Positions 20,901 through 31,973 are shown, numbered from the stretch's first letter. The stretch: 64,000 nucleotides of DNA from a virus (IMGVR_UViG_3300005573_000055:1-64000); one strand, 5' to 3'. Notes: generated from the letters alone by a model not told the origin. A program made the numbers and translations.

Positions 20901-23900
20901 CTTGTGTACAGAACTGAAATATCCTTAGAATATCGATATCAAGATATAAATATCAAGACATACCGCGATGGACATGTAGAGATTAGTGTCAATAACTTGT
21001 ATGCGCCAAATTATCCTTTACCAGTATCTATACAGCTTGCTTATCAGTATAAACAAAATCAGTCTGAGCAATACACTGGCGATCCTATTATATACAACAC
21101 CTTTGATGTTACATATATTCCTCCTAATACTGCATATTCTAAATTTACACTGACAGGACTTAAGCGGGGATATTACAAACTTTATTTCTATATAATTACT
21201 GTAGATGGTAATATATCAAACGATCCAGCTATCATCGAAAATGTCTTATTCTTTGATCTTATCGGTCCATCGCTGCATGACAATTCTGAATTAAGAACAG
21301 ATGCAAACTATAAAGTTGAACCAGGCAAGGTAACATTTACCTGGCCTGATGTTTTAGATAATGACAATTTTACTTATGAGATATGGCGTACTCCTGATGA
21401 ATATTTTAACAGTTCAACCCGCTGGAATACAGTAAACTTCTTCTCTGGCACAGATACACTTGGTAGAAAGCTTGTAAGTTCAAGATGGGAACGACTAATA
21501 ACTATTTATTCTAATAAAGCTGAAGGTGCTAATGATAGTCTCTCCTATACAGATAATGATTGGTATTACGATGGCACTATATCTAATGAGAAGACTATAT
21601 TTGATAATCAATATAACGGCAAGGCAGTCTATGCTCTTGTAGGCGTTGACCAATTTGGCAATAGAGGAACTCCCTACTTCTTTGGCTCTGCACAGTCTGG
21701 GATAGCAGATGACAATGCTGTCATCAGAATGATAGATAACAGCAACTATACGTTTAATCTCATAATTGTCAAAGTTGATCCAGAAATTATATATTACGAC
21801 CCACAAAATCCTACTGCTATTCCTTCGGTAGTAGTTCGTGCAAGAGTTACAACATACAGCGAAATTCCTTCTGGTTCATATATAAAATGGTCCGGAGCTA
21901 TTGTAACTAATCAAGGCGCTGGAGTATACAGTGATATTACTCAACAAAATGTTAATAGTAGAACACAGTTAGAAATTCCCGATGTAACAATAACTCTTCC
22001 GAGCGGTTTTACCAACCAAGAAACTATCGGCTATGCTATTAAAGCTGAGCTATTTTGTAACAATAAACTTCATGCTTTTAACTCTGTTCTTGTTAAAAAA
22101 ATTATCAAAGTTACTTCTCCATTCCGTGTCGAACTGACTAATGATTTCCATGCATTCGTGCTTAATACAAAAGGAGAAATAGCTTCATATAGTGGTGCAG
22201 CAACAAAAGCACTTGCGTTTTGGGGCGCCAAAGACATAACAAATCTTTGTTCCTTTGCATGGACACCTTCAGCTGGTGTAGCTGGTGCTGTCAGCACTAC
22301 TACAAAAGAGAATGATACATATACAGTTACAAGTTTTACGTTTGACAAAGAAACAGGACCTTTTACGGGTTATGTAGAAGTCAAAGCAACATATCAGCCA
22401 TCGGCAAATAATCCCGATGATAAATATGAAGCTACAGCACGGTTTAAGCTTGCTTTACTGATGGCTGGCGAGAATATTACTGGCTACGAGGTAGATGTCA
22501 TACCATCTATCATTACAAGAAAAATAGATGGACAGTATCAATATAACCTACTTGCAATTACAGCTTATAAATTCAACGGCAATACAAAAACCACATATTC
22601 CGGCGGAACAATCAAGATATATGTTGACGGCGTAGAACATTCAACATATTCTCAGCAAAGCAGCGTGCAATTTAATTTGCCAGCTGTAATAAATACGGGT
22701 GTTAAGATCGAGCTCTATGATAATAATAATCAGCTCGTAGATGAAGAAACTATTCCTGTTGTAGAACCTTTCGGGCAGGCTGTATATTTAACGGCTTCAT
22801 CTTATACAGTTGTCAAGAAAGTTGACGGGTCATACGATCCATCGAGTATTACCATTACAGCAAAGACACATGACAATGGAACCGCAAGTAGTTGGACTCT
22901 AAACCCACAAAAAACATATACACAAAACGGCAACACTATTACAATTGACAGTTCTGTCTTTGGTGACATAGATTCACTGCAGGTAAGTGCTGATTATCAT
23001 GGTCATTCAGACTCGCTTACTATAATTAAGCTTGTAGAGTCAAAGCCTAATCTGACTGTTAATCTTACCAATGACAGCTTCGTAGCACATGCCGCTCCTG
23101 GCAGTTCCCCAAATCTTACAGGTGCTACAGGATATTTAACCGTATATCTCGGCACACAGCAAATCTTTCCGTCAAATAATTATAATGTCAATATAAATTG
23201 TGAATATTATAACTGTGTTGGATCATTTGACACAGATGACGGATCTTATGCAGTAACCCAGATTACTGGTGATCTTGATGTGGGAGGATATATTAAGTTT
23301 ACTGTAAGTTATGAAGGTGTTACTGTCATTAAGTATTTTAGAGTTGCTGTGGCCATAGATGGAACGCCTGGCAGTCCTGCTATATCTGCTTATCTTGAAT
23401 TAAGCACAAATGTCATAAGAAAGTCTAAAACAGGTGCATTAGACCCATCATCGATTACAGCTTGGTATAGATACTATCAAGGCACTACGCCTGTATCGAA
23501 AACAGGAACTTTTCAATTTGTTGTCAGTACCTCAAGCGGCACACAAACAACATCTTCTGCAAACGTAACCTCTGCTACACTTTCAAGTATCCCTGCCAAT
23601 GCAACTTCGATTACTGTATATCTTACAGATGGAGGTTTTACTGATTCAGAGGTAGTTCCTGTTTTGGAAGATGGCGAAGATGCCTTAAGTGCTGTTCTTT
23701 CCAACGAAGCACACGAAATTCCATGTGACGAAAATGGAAATCCTCTCTCTGATGCATTTAATTATGCTTCCGGACAAATGTTTGTATACAAAGGCACATT
23801 GAATATTACTGGTAGCTGTTCTTTCTCGTCAAGTTCAAGCGGCTGTCAAGGCAGTGTAGACAGTAATGGTCATTATAGTGTTACAAGTATGTCAGCAGAT

Positions 23901-25517
23901 TCAGCTACACTTACTATTACAGCTACATACAATGGTAAATCTATAAGTAAAGTATTTACGCTTACAAAAGTTAAACAAGGAAAGAAGGGTTATGGTTATA
24001 GATTTTGCGGCAAATATAAATCTAATGCTTCTTACAGTGGCGGCTTAAGCGGTACAAGAGATATTGTTGAGTATAATGGTAACTACTATGTTGTAGCAGA
24101 AAACATTGCCTCCACTACAGCAATACCCGGTACATCTGACTGGGAAAGCTTTTCTGCAAGCTTTGACTATGTAGCTACAAGACTTGCTTTAGCTGAGGAT
24201 GCTATAATAACAAAGACGCTGACATTAGGCAGTAACACAGAAACAGGTATTATTCAAACACATAACTTTGACACTTTATCGGCTGGAATTAGGATAGTTG
24301 GCAGCGCAAACCCAAGTATTGAAATTAAGGGTGGTAGACTTACTACGAAATCAAGCAATATCTATAATTGTAATATAGTTATTGATGGATATAGAATAGA
24401 TTTTATTAGCGGCACTACCACATTCGGAACTCTTCAAAGTCTTGTTGATCAAGGTTTATGGCTAAATTCATATCCTGGCCCTATATGGATACAATCTGCT
24501 GATCGTGTTGCACTTATTGCCCCATATGTTCTACTTGATTCGAGTGTATATTTAGGTGGCAATATAGATGAAAGTAAAAAAGTGCTTTCAAAGTCAGATA
24601 TAGAAGCAGCTTTTGTTGCAAAAACTCCACCAAACTATAATCAAAATTCATCTGGTTATTATTACAGAAATGCTGATGGTTCTATATCGCTAACAAGTGG
24701 TATAGGTTCAGTTACTTGGGGCAGTATCACTGGTACACTATCAAATCAGACAGATTTGCAAACAGCGTTAAATGCTAAAGCTGATTATAGCTGGGTTGAT
24801 AGCACATATTACAGCAAATCACAGTTACAAAATTCAGGACAAGCATCTGTTCATTGGAATAATATTACAAATAAACCTTCTACTTATCCGCCCGACTGGC
24901 ATTCGCATTCGGCGGGAGATTTACCAAGCTCAATAGTTTATACCACTGGTTCTTATGCAAATCCATCATGGATCACAAGTTTAGCATATAGCAAGCTTAC
25001 TGGAGTTCCAACTGCGAGCTCAACTACATCAGGTATATTAAGTTCAACAGATTGGAACACATTTAATAACAAAGCAAATGCAACGCATACACATACAGTT
25101 GCAAATATTACGGATATAGGCACATATTATTATACAAAGACAGATTTGCAAACATCGGAACGGGCTTTAGTTCACTGGGACAATATCATAAACAGACCTA
25201 CAACCTTAAATGGTTATGATATAACTGATGCTGTGCCGACATCAAGGGCGGTTTATACTGCCGCACCACTGACAGGCGGGGGAGATTTAAGCGCTAATAG
25301 AACTATCGGATTGAGCTATACCTCTCCATTAACATTAACTCAGGGTAATCAATTAACAATCATAAGCTTGCCGCAAAGTTTAATAACAGGAGTTTGGGGA
25401 AGTGCTGGTGCTGCTGCAGCTTATGTATCAAACTCAAGCGGCGGACCAACCACAAAACAACTTTATTACATACCAGTAACAATTGGTGGTACTACTTATA
25501 ATTTATTATTAGCATAA
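18000..25517 (+). CDS. Giant tail protein with fibronectin-III-like repeats and C-terminal tail-fibre motifs
   Basis: 2505 aa. Repeated Y.Y.(I/V).A.D..GN.S and D..PP..P FN3 signatures, Ig-like L.N..H repeats, and C-terminal W.NI.NKP.T / HxH fibre motifs. Confidence 0.8.
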   Translation: MARNIQNIEHEQTYIIRIYHTTDDFEGRIGSGVNNLHIYAQAVKSLDEQPDFNKASLIDIITNVDLRPSYALVSSELRESYRADELLLRDKQARPLGHPDFERPLHGPNNLYPYEFKNYINGCYYYIWVLAEDKAGNLELLNEEGPNSLNEPLITTERLVDNVAPNFDTTEFLGDASLVDGWYRVNLKSEISTLTAFLTWFQERYILAFKVENNQHYRYITDYTYDQSGPYFKFKLNYQSDLPSTITSCYLTKEATCTAGIGRMDLSFPGSDDASLYGYLIERLWDVSTDESPAIDGNVAYQKICGLSVDVSYTDRGLKIPRLDLLDDDKRHFIYKITPVSLYTTDGEKLADDYSNAILGISTFVWDIPNINVYYPAVGKQPKQLILAKSNGDASLWFNNSFNDGKIELYWCMKGSDDGSQPESSVDENGDLAGYEIQRARITQDGNSDPIQETWVTIVSSEKEAFPSTPIFDRSFADVNLESYRPYPDDPDFYVTYKYRIRAYDYGGNVGQWSYFNGDNAIAANDTTPPNKDNFELKVTGKIGAWAIEFFDNTPDPQTVEIELRRYLVDEDNNQIADSYKEFARIPVKNGVAYYFDTGGSDSTVLYARYSVRGRDKNNNWSDWTAYTSRVGSKTPDMAMDSYPPKAPTNVVAEYKQDPVDPDHGIYRRYINITWTLPTEEELLPSSDIIAVDAANKLITVDIQSVQSSAFIGKKLRILTGQRKDAEFIIEDNIGASIQLKSDADLSNIQAGDKAEVVDELSDLDGCIVFKRPSDAQAPEQAWILLRDTNSKNINSYQEFNYQTGKWIYGVSAYDTSGNESKIAESAEIEILDLVPPLEVKVTTAIAGAGSLTFFWPQKDLDVLLYRIYIKDANGKSVLNSQGRYATPDQRTDTMYYAATSTNVFTLFDVTDTYDNIKNYQVGIQAVDIANNVSILTYEPITNKIEGTFKPAGNVEPKSINVTPLNPLVYRTEISLEYRYQDINIKTYRDGHVEISVNNLYAPNYPLPVSIQLAYQYKQNQSEQYTGDPIIYNTFDVTYIPPNTAYSKFTLTGLKRGYYKLYFYIITVDGNISNDPAIIENVLFFDLIGPSLHDNSELRTDANYKVEPGKVTFTWPDVLDNDNFTYEIWRTPDEYFNSSTRWNTVNFFSGTDTLGRKLVSSRWERLITIYSNKAEGANDSLSYTDNDWYYDGTISNEKTIFDNQYNGKAVYALVGVDQFGNRGTPYFFGSAQSGIADDNAVIRMIDNSNYTFNLIIVKVDPEIIYYDPQNPTAIPSVVVRARVTTYSEIPSGSYIKWSGAIVTNQGAGVYSDITQQNVNSRTQLEIPDVTITLPSGFTNQETIGYAIKAELFCNNKLHAFNSVLVKKIIKVTSPFRVELTNDFHAFVLNTKGEIASYSGAATKALAFWGAKDITNLCSFAWTPSAGVAGAVSTTTKENDTYTVTSFTFDKETGPFTGYVEVKATYQPSANNPDDKYEATARFKLALLMAGENITGYEVDVIPSIITRKIDGQYQYNLLAITAYKFNGNTKTTYSGGTIKIYVDGVEHSTYSQQSSVQFNLPAVINTGVKIELYDNNNQLVDEETIPVVEPFGQAVYLTASSYTVVKKVDGSYDPSSITITAKTHDNGTASSWTLNPQKTYTQNGNTITIDSSVFGDIDSLQVSADYHGHSDSLTIIKLVESKPNLTVNLTNDSFVAHAAPGSSPNLTGATGYLTVYLGTQQIFPSNNYNVNINCEYYNCVGSFDTDDGSYAVTQITGDLDVGGYIKFTVSYEGVTVIKYFRVAVAIDGTPGSPAISAYLELSTNVIRKSKTGALDPSSITAWYRYYQGTTPVSKTGTFQFVVSTSSGTQTTSSANVTSATLSSIPANATSITVYLTDGGFTDSEVVPVLEDGEDALSAVLSNEAHEIPCDENGNPLSDAFNYASGQMFVYKGTLNITGSCSFSSSSSGCQGSVDSNGHYSVTSMSADSATLTITATYNGKSISKVFTLTKVKQGKKGYGYRFCGKYKSNASYSGGLSGTRDIVEYNGNYYVVAENIASTTAIPGTSDWESFSASFDYVATRLALAEDAIITKTLTLGSNTETGIIQTHNFDTLSAGIRIVGSANPSIEIKGGRLTTKSSNIYNCNIVIDGYRIDFISGTTTFGTLQSLVDQGLWLNSYPGPIWIQSADRVALIAPYVLLDSSVYLGGNIDESKKVLSKSDIEAAFVAKTPPNYNQNSSGYYYRNADGSISLTSGIGSVTWGSITGTLSNQTDLQTALNAKADYSWVDSTYYSKSQLQNSGQASVHWNNITNKPSTYPPDWHSHSAGDLPSSIVYTTGSYANPSWITSLAYSKLTGVPTASSTTSGILSSTDWNTFNNKANATHTHTVANITDIGTYYYTKTDLQTSERALVHWDNIINRPTTLNGYDITDAVPTSRAVYTAAPLTGGGDLSANRTIGLSYTSPLTLTQGNQLTIISLPQSLITGVWGSAGAAAAYVSNSSGGPTTKQLYYIPVTIGGTTYNLLLA

Positions 25518-25553
25518 ATAAAGCCATAATAACAAAAAAACAAGGAGGTAATT

Positions 25554-25847
25554 ATGCTTTCAGTCAACATTCAACCAATCACTTTTCAAACACGACAATT
25601 CGGAAATATTGTTGTTGAAGAAAAAACTGCCAACAGAATGTGCATAGCATCTGTTGAACCTTTGGTTAAAGACCAATCTGCAAAAGTGCGTGTTATGTTT
25701 TACAACGTAGATGAAACTGGACCTTTTGTGTCAACTTATGTTGGTGACACAACCGTTGATTTAAATGCTGAAGAATATAATGGTTGGGTTACTGATAACG
25801 ACCTTATAGAAACAGTACTCAACAAGCTTAATCTTGCAAAAGCGTAA
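25554..25847 (+). CDS. Hypothetical protein, possible fibre chaperone
   Basis: 97 aa with AGGAGG RBS, immediately after the fibre gene. Confidence 0.55.
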   Translation: MLSVNIQPITFQTRQFGNIVVEEKTANRMCIASVEPLVKDQSAKVRVMFYNVDETGPFVSTYVGDTTVDLNAEEYNGWVTDNDLIETVLNKLNLAKA

Positions 25848-25873
25848 ATAATTAATCTACCAGGAGGTAAAAT

Positions 25874-26392
25874 ATGATCAAAGTTAAATATTCGGATATT
25901 CTTACATATGATCCTGACAGCAAAGGCTTTCGACTTAACAATTCCCTTTCTTCATTGATGGAAGCACCATTTAAGAGCGGACTTCTTAAATATACCTGCC
26001 AGGTAAAACTTCGAAATGCAATAACAAATGCTGTAAGTGAATATGATAAACAGCGTCAAATGATTCTTGAGTCGCATTCAAAGAAGAAAACTGTAAAATT
26101 TAAGAATGGAAGAGTAGAGAACATATATTTTCAGATAGTTGATGCTGGTGACAATGTCAGCGATGATGAGTTAATTGAGGTTATAGATAACCAACCTGTT
26201 GAAGGCAGAAAAACTATATTGCCTATATATGATATAGAAGACAGCTCTGCTGTTGTCAGTGAACTTAATGAACTTATTAACTCCTATGTTGAACTTCCAG
26301 TTGAGAAAATTAAGCTTTCTAAACTTGAAAATGAAGACTGCTCTAAAATTGACTTTTCCTTGCTCGAAAACTTTATTGAAGAAGATCTATAG
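25874..26392 (+). CDS. Hypothetical protein
   Basis: 172 aa with AGGAGG RBS. Confidence 0.55.
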   Translation: MIKVKYSDILTYDPDSKGFRLNNSLSSLMEAPFKSGLLKYTCQVKLRNAITNAVSEYDKQRQMILESHSKKKTVKFKNGRVENIYFQIVDAGDNVSDDELIEVIDNQPVEGRKTILPIYDIEDSSAVVSELNELINSYVELPVEKIKLSKLENEDCSKIDFSLLENFIEEDL

Positions 26393-26401
26393 GAATAAGC
26401 T

Positions 26402-28078
26402 ATGGAACTTAGCAATTTCATCAAGCAGAAAGACGTTTCAAGCTCTCTTGTGTTTAATCATAACCTGGACCTTATGGTCCAGGACTTTCAATATCTATTT
26501 AGAGAGATATATGCTTTAGGCTCCCAGATAGAAGATGCAGTCAAGATAACAGATACAATCGTTAATAACACCTCTCAAGCCATTGGCGGCCTGTCTTATA
26601 TCTATAACATCCTTACACCACACAGCATAGATGCACAGCTTAAGAGTCTTCCTGTTGATATTAACGGTATAACCAGCACAAAGCTTGATTCTCAGAGCTG
26701 TTATGCTAAAATTGATAGCAGTTTTGCCTCTGGTAATAGTTATACTATCTTACGCGATAGTAATTCTTATAAGGATAGCTTGTATATCGTTATGTCGAGT
26801 GATAATGGTTATATTGATATACCTGTCTATGTTACATTTACGCCATATACTCTCATACCATCTACAAAGTTATATAATGTTGCTACTTTATATTTAAATC
26901 TAAACACCAAAAATCCTGTAGATCTTGTTAAAATTAGATACACAGATGAAGCATATCAGTCTATAGATTTTGATATTAGTAAAAAGTCTTTGTCTGGCAG
27001 GTGCAAAATAGATTTACCATCGCCCATAAAAGTACGAAGGATGATTCTATACTTTAGAGTCTATCCCTATACATCAACAAATATGGTTATAAGTTCTGCA
27101 ATGCCGATTTCACAATTGCCGCGTACTTACGAAAGTGATGGTGTCTATAAGATATTTAATTTTGGCATCCTTAAAGCCGCAGAAGTTGCACTTCTTGGCC
27201 GGGCAGATGTAAATATTGTTAAAACTAATATCAGTTGCGACCTTCAAAATCCCCGAAAACTGCGTTTGCACTATATAGGAAATATGTATCATACGGCTGT
27301 TAATGCTGTTATATCTGGCGTATATAAAACTAATAATGAAACAAAATCCCTTTCGGTGAGTATTCCTGTAATAGATAGCAATGGATATGTTGAGGAACTG
27401 CATAGTATGCAGCCTGGTGAAACCATCTACCTAAAGTTTATACCTATGCAAGACACAGTGCAGTGCTATAGTATCTCAGATAGTGATATTGTGGCATTAA
27501 ACAATATTACAATTAACAAAAACGCACTTTCCATCTCAGGTATAACTAGTTCTATGCAAATACTTGCAAGATACCAGCCTGCAAAGTCTTCTATTATACC
27601 TGATGGCGAAATTACTCAAGTTGCAAAAACATTCAAATATTCATTTAGCGACGGGAAAATTATCACATATAAGTTTGATGGTATTAACGAAAAGCGGGCT
27701 ATTAAGTTTGTCTTGCAGCAGCTTCTTACAGATGTGTCAGTATCAATTGAAAGCGATGAACCTTTCTTTGCTTATAACTTTGATGGTTTGCCTTATCCAA
27801 ATGCTGTTCTATCAGGGTTAAATCTTATACTTGAGTTCCCTGAAGATATCTATCCTACATTGAGATATCAGAAATTTGTAATTTCAGGTAGGCCTGCTAT
27901 ACTCTATGCTGACGAAAGCGTTCCATTCTTTCTTGATGAAGACTTAATGGTAAACTTCAATCCTGCTTTCTTTAAAGACAAAAGCGGTGTTTTGATAAAT
28001 AACCTGACATTGAGTCTTGTTCCTTATACCAAGTATCATTTTCACAATATAGAAAAAGCTTATCTTGAATATGCATAG
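26402..28078 (+). CDS. Virion structural protein (paralogous N-terminal helix family)
   Basis: 558 aa; N-terminal SS..FN..L.....D...LF motif shared with the next two genes. Confidence 0.55.
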   Translation: MELSNFIKQKDVSSSLVFNHNLDLMVQDFQYLFREIYALGSQIEDAVKITDTIVNNTSQAIGGLSYIYNILTPHSIDAQLKSLPVDINGITSTKLDSQSCYAKIDSSFASGNSYTILRDSNSYKDSLYIVMSSDNGYIDIPVYVTFTPYTLIPSTKLYNVATLYLNLNTKNPVDLVKIRYTDEAYQSIDFDISKKSLSGRCKIDLPSPIKVRRMILYFRVYPYTSTNMVISSAMPISQLPRTYESDGVYKIFNFGILKAAEVALLGRADVNIVKTNISCDLQNPRKLRLHYIGNMYHTAVNAVISGVYKTNNETKSLSVSIPVIDSNGYVEELHSMQPGETIYLKFIPMQDTVQCYSISDSDIVALNNITINKNALSISGITSSMQILARYQPAKSSIIPDGEITQVAKTFKYSFSDGKIITYKFDGINEKRAIKFVLQQLLTDVSVSIESDEPFFAYNFDGLPYPNAVLSGLNLILEFPEDIYPTLRYQKFVISGRPAILYADESVPFFLDEDLMVNFNPAFFKDKSGVLINNLTLSLVPYTKYHFHNIEKAYLEYA

Positions 28079-28086
28079 GAGATATC

Positions 28087-30273
28087 ATGTCGAAGTTTAT
28101 TGACAAATATACACTGCCAACTGTATATCATTTTGTGCATAAGTCTTTCTTTGATGATATTTTTAAACTTACATTGAAAGACTTACAGTATATAAGCAGC
28201 CGTATTGAAGAACTGAAAGCAAGAAAAAGTGAGTATATCAACAATTTCCAGATGCTTCTTCCTGCGCTTGAAGGTAGTATATCTGACATTAAAAAATACA
28301 CTAATCTTGTAGAGTTGAATTATTTTAGCATCCTCCCGTCGTTTAAAGCTATAACAGAAAACTTTACCTCTATTACAGACATATCAGAAATAAGCAATTT
28401 GTATATTGATAGATCATCTGGGCTACTTACATTTATGCCCGTAGAAAATAGAAAGCTTGATCTTTCTGATATCTATACTGCTATACTCAGTTCATCAAAT
28501 GGAACTGTTTATAAAGGACGCCTGGAAGATTTATTTGATAATGATAAGCATACTATATTTGAGTATCGTCAATCCCCTTCTGTAGATAGGTTAAAACTTA
28601 ATATACGCATTGGCCTTAATCAGCCCACGACTGTTAATTACATTAAGTTTTATCCAGCTGGCAATGTTCCATTTAAGATTGTCGACATACAATACAGCAA
28701 TGATGGCCAAACATTTGTCTCTGCAACTGCTTCCTTTGTAGGTTTAGTTAAAACAAACAGGGAATGCTTTTTCTATGCGCCAAATGCAACACATATTGAT
28801 ATATACCTCGAACAGGATACTCTGGATTCGACTTTAAATGAATATGCTATTGCTCTATCTGACATTGAAGTCTATAGCAGAAAATATATGCCCGCCGGCA
28901 GAATTAAGATTGTTAAATCCGTATCCGACAGCATATCATCATTTGCAATTAATCTTGATATTACAGACAAACAGCTGTTTGATTTCTTTAATACAGTAAT
29001 CAAGTATTCTACGGATGACAGCTCATATAGCGACATTAAACCGTTTATCAATAAAGTATCTGCTGGTGATGTTGTTTCTCTTAAGAATCCATCAAATACC
29101 ATCTATGTTGATATATCCATATCACAAAAAGATAAAATGTTCGTTCAAGATGGAAACATGCAAGTTGAATATTTCAAGTTTGCCGAGTCTCCTGCTGTAT
29201 TTAATCTTAGCGGTGCTTCGGATCCTGTTTATGTGGCTTGCAGTCCAGCTGTCTTTATAGGAAATACAAGTAAGAAAATTCTTGTGGGTTCTGTTACAGC
29301 AGACACCTTCTTTGGTATAAAATTGCCATATAATCTCAGAGATGGTTCAAATATACCACTAAAGGTTTATATACAAAGCGGCGACAACTTTATTCCTATT
29401 CCATATAACAGCAATAAAGAAATACCGCTTACTGGTTATTCAATTAAAGAAAACACTTTATATATACGATATGCAAAAACACCCCCATCACAAAATGTGA
29501 TGCCGTTGCTTAACTTCACAAGTGAGAATATATCAACATCTCCCAAAGAAAAGTTTAATGTTTACATAAGCTTTGACAAAGAAATACACATTTCTGCTGA
29601 TGCGAAACTTCCGCTTTATCTTATGCCTATAGATAAAAGGAAGATGTCTGTGATTAAAACTTTGTATGATGTAGAGAATAACGATATAATACGCTTTAAT
29701 GTGGAAGATCTGCTCAAAGCTAAGCTTCAGCAATATAGGCTTACCTATGTTCCAGAAAAGCCTGAAGAAATTACGTTTCTTTATGGGGATATGTTTGTGG
29801 AATATGTGGAATTTATTGACGGCAAAAAGGAATTTACAAACTTTGCAGAATATCAATACTCTGTAGATACAGATAACAGAATATTATACTTAAATAAAGC
29901 ATTTGATACAGATATAACAATCCAGTATACTGGCACAGAAAAATCTACACTCGACGCATCGGACTTTGATGTTATCTATGATTACGAAAATGCTAAAGCT
30001 TATCTTCTGATAAATAAAAACGACCCATCTGATGTCTATCAGTATGAAATATCCTATGTAGCTGAAGTACCTTTAAATAAAGATTTCTATTTATACAACA
30101 AAGATCAAGGTATTCTTACTATCATTGATATAGATGACATCAAAGCTAAAACTGATCTGCCTATAGACGGGATTAAAGTAGCATACCATCCAACTGGAAC
30201 TAAAGATATTAGCTACTTATCGGAATATATTACGCCTGTAATAGATAATCTATCTATAATTTATAAGTCATAG
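28087..30273 (+). CDS. Virion structural protein with discoidin/CBM-like beta-sandwich
   Basis: 728 aa; DLFDND..T.F.Y, VNYIKFYP and YSNDGQTF resemble F5/8-type-C patterns. Confidence 0.55.
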   Translation: MSKFIDKYTLPTVYHFVHKSFFDDIFKLTLKDLQYISSRIEELKARKSEYINNFQMLLPALEGSISDIKKYTNLVELNYFSILPSFKAITENFTSITDISEISNLYIDRSSGLLTFMPVENRKLDLSDIYTAILSSSNGTVYKGRLEDLFDNDKHTIFEYRQSPSVDRLKLNIRIGLNQPTTVNYIKFYPAGNVPFKIVDIQYSNDGQTFVSATASFVGLVKTNRECFFYAPNATHIDIYLEQDTLDSTLNEYAIALSDIEVYSRKYMPAGRIKIVKSVSDSISSFAINLDITDKQLFDFFNTVIKYSTDDSSYSDIKPFINKVSAGDVVSLKNPSNTIYVDISISQKDKMFVQDGNMQVEYFKFAESPAVFNLSGASDPVYVACSPAVFIGNTSKKILVGSVTADTFFGIKLPYNLRDGSNIPLKVYIQSGDNFIPIPYNSNKEIPLTGYSIKENTLYIRYAKTPPSQNVMPLLNFTSENISTSPKEKFNVYISFDKEIHISADAKLPLYLMPIDKRKMSVIKTLYDVENNDIIRFNVEDLLKAKLQQYRLTYVPEKPEEITFLYGDMFVEYVEFIDGKKEFTNFAEYQYSVDTDNRILYLNKAFDTDITIQYTGTEKSTLDASDFDVIYDYENAKAYLLINKNDPSDVYQYEISYVAEVPLNKDFYLYNKDQGILTIIDIDDIKAKTDLPIDGIKVAYHPTGTKDISYLSEYITPVIDNLSIIYKS

Positions 30274-30281
30274 GTGAACGT

Positions 30282-31973
30282 ATGTCTGCATTTAAAGATC
30301 TTAGAATAGCGACACTCAGGGCTATAATTGCCCAGGAGCTTATAAATCAAGGCCGCAATCCTTCTATTGATGAAGTATGTTTGATTGCTGATAATCTTTA
30401 CTCAAAGTATGACTTAAGTCAGCCTCTTATAAGTTATGCTGATAAGGTGCAGCAAGGAAGTCTGCTCTCTGCGCAATATATTAAAGATTTATACAAATAT
30501 CTGCAAATTGATTTAACATTTCTGTATACATACATTGACTACTTAGATAATCTTCTTAGATACAAAGAAGCAGAAGATAAAGCTTCTCTTCAAGACTTCA
30601 AAGAAACATTTATCAAACTTAAAAACTCGCTTAATGCCTACATGAGCTTAAAGACTGACAATTTTGAAGTAATACTTGAAGATTTCAAAGATAAAAGCAG
30701 GCTTACAAGTCTAACCAATGTTGAAATTGCCGATGGCCATGCGACTCCTTCAATGTTACTTGGCGGCAGGTTCTTAGAGCCTAATGATGTGACAATAATG
30801 CCGATTACTCCTGGATTTGTAAAATACACAACAATCAACAAAGCAATATCTGTCAGCACTCCTTCCTCCTTTGATGGACTGTATGCTGTTCAATATACAA
30901 TTAACAATATCGAACAACAAATTTGCGGAGTGGCTCTTAAGTTTGATGATAACGACACATATATCATCAAGATAGATATTAAGACAAAGGGCGGTGTTTC
31001 AACTGTTATATCATCAAAGACTGTTATCGGAAAAGCCATATTGACTTTTCCTGGACTTGAAGCTCAAAGTTTATATATCACCATAAGCAAAAGTTTTTAC
31101 AGCAAAGATGGCAATTATCACCGGTTTGACTATCACTTATCGGATCTTAAGATTATCACCAACAAGCTTACAAATTCAATACTGGAGACCGTCTATACAT
31201 CGACACTTGAAAACATTTCTGGATTTGTTATACATGGTGCATGTTATCTGCAAGATGATGCTATGGTCAACATGTATTATAGCGTCAAGAATTTAGATGA
31301 AAGCTTTATGCCGTATAAATTATTTAATACTTTAAGCAAAGAGATGTGCAATGGTGAATTTTCTACTATGATTTCGCAGCTTTCGGATAATATTGAGCGT
31401 GATTTCATACAAACTGGACTTGATTTCAGCTTTGAGCACAGTTACATTTGTGGCAATAAAAGATTCCTTATTGAGGAATTTAACTATCCTGATACAACAT
31501 TAGTTTTACTTAGAGAGACTGGTCATTTAGGAAATGACACTGGATATTTCTATATTCCACAAAGTGCGACCTACTCTATTGCTATTGATAATGATATTTT
31601 TATAGATGATATTAAGGTTTACGATAAAGATCACATTCAGCTGGATGCTGGCCTGCACAAGATTCAATTCGACAATGCCGATTTAGACATAGTAAAAAGC
31701 TTCTTTGATAGCAATAATATCAAGTATGGCACCACTTTAGCTTATTATGATAAAGACTTTGACTATAATGATGGGTTTGATAGATTTTCCATAGTTAAAG
31801 TTGATAACAACAAATATAGGATAGTGGTTTACTATAGCGACCCTGAAGAGATGATTTATATCTTAAAGTCGAGCATTTTAGATAAGTTTTCAAACACAAT
31901 CAAACTGCGTTTTGAATTTATACCTAACAATGGTTCAATTATTCTCGACCCATACACATTGACTATTTTTTAG
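30282..31973 (+). CDS. Virion structural protein
   Basis: 563 aa; shares the N-terminal helix motif. Confidence 0.55.
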   Translation: MSAFKDLRIATLRAIIAQELINQGRNPSIDEVCLIADNLYSKYDLSQPLISYADKVQQGSLLSAQYIKDLYKYLQIDLTFLYTYIDYLDNLLRYKEAEDKASLQDFKETFIKLKNSLNAYMSLKTDNFEVILEDFKDKSRLTSLTNVEIADGHATPSMLLGGRFLEPNDVTIMPITPGFVKYTTINKAISVSTPSSFDGLYAVQYTINNIEQQICGVALKFDDNDTYIIKIDIKTKGGVSTVISSKTVIGKAILTFPGLEAQSLYITISKSFYSKDGNYHRFDYHLSDLKIITNKLTNSILETVYTSTLENISGFVIHGACYLQDDAMVNMYYSVKNLDESFMPYKLFNTLSKEMCNGEFSTMISQLSDNIERDFIQTGLDFSFEHSYICGNKRFLIEEFNYPDTTLVLLRETGHLGNDTGYFYIPQSATYSIAIDNDIFIDDIKVYDKDHIQLDAGLHKIQFDNADLDIVKSFFDSNNIKYGTTLAYYDKDFDYNDGFDRFSIVKVDNNKYRIVVYYSDPEEMIYILKSSILDKFSNTIKLRFEFIPNNGSIILDPYTLTIF

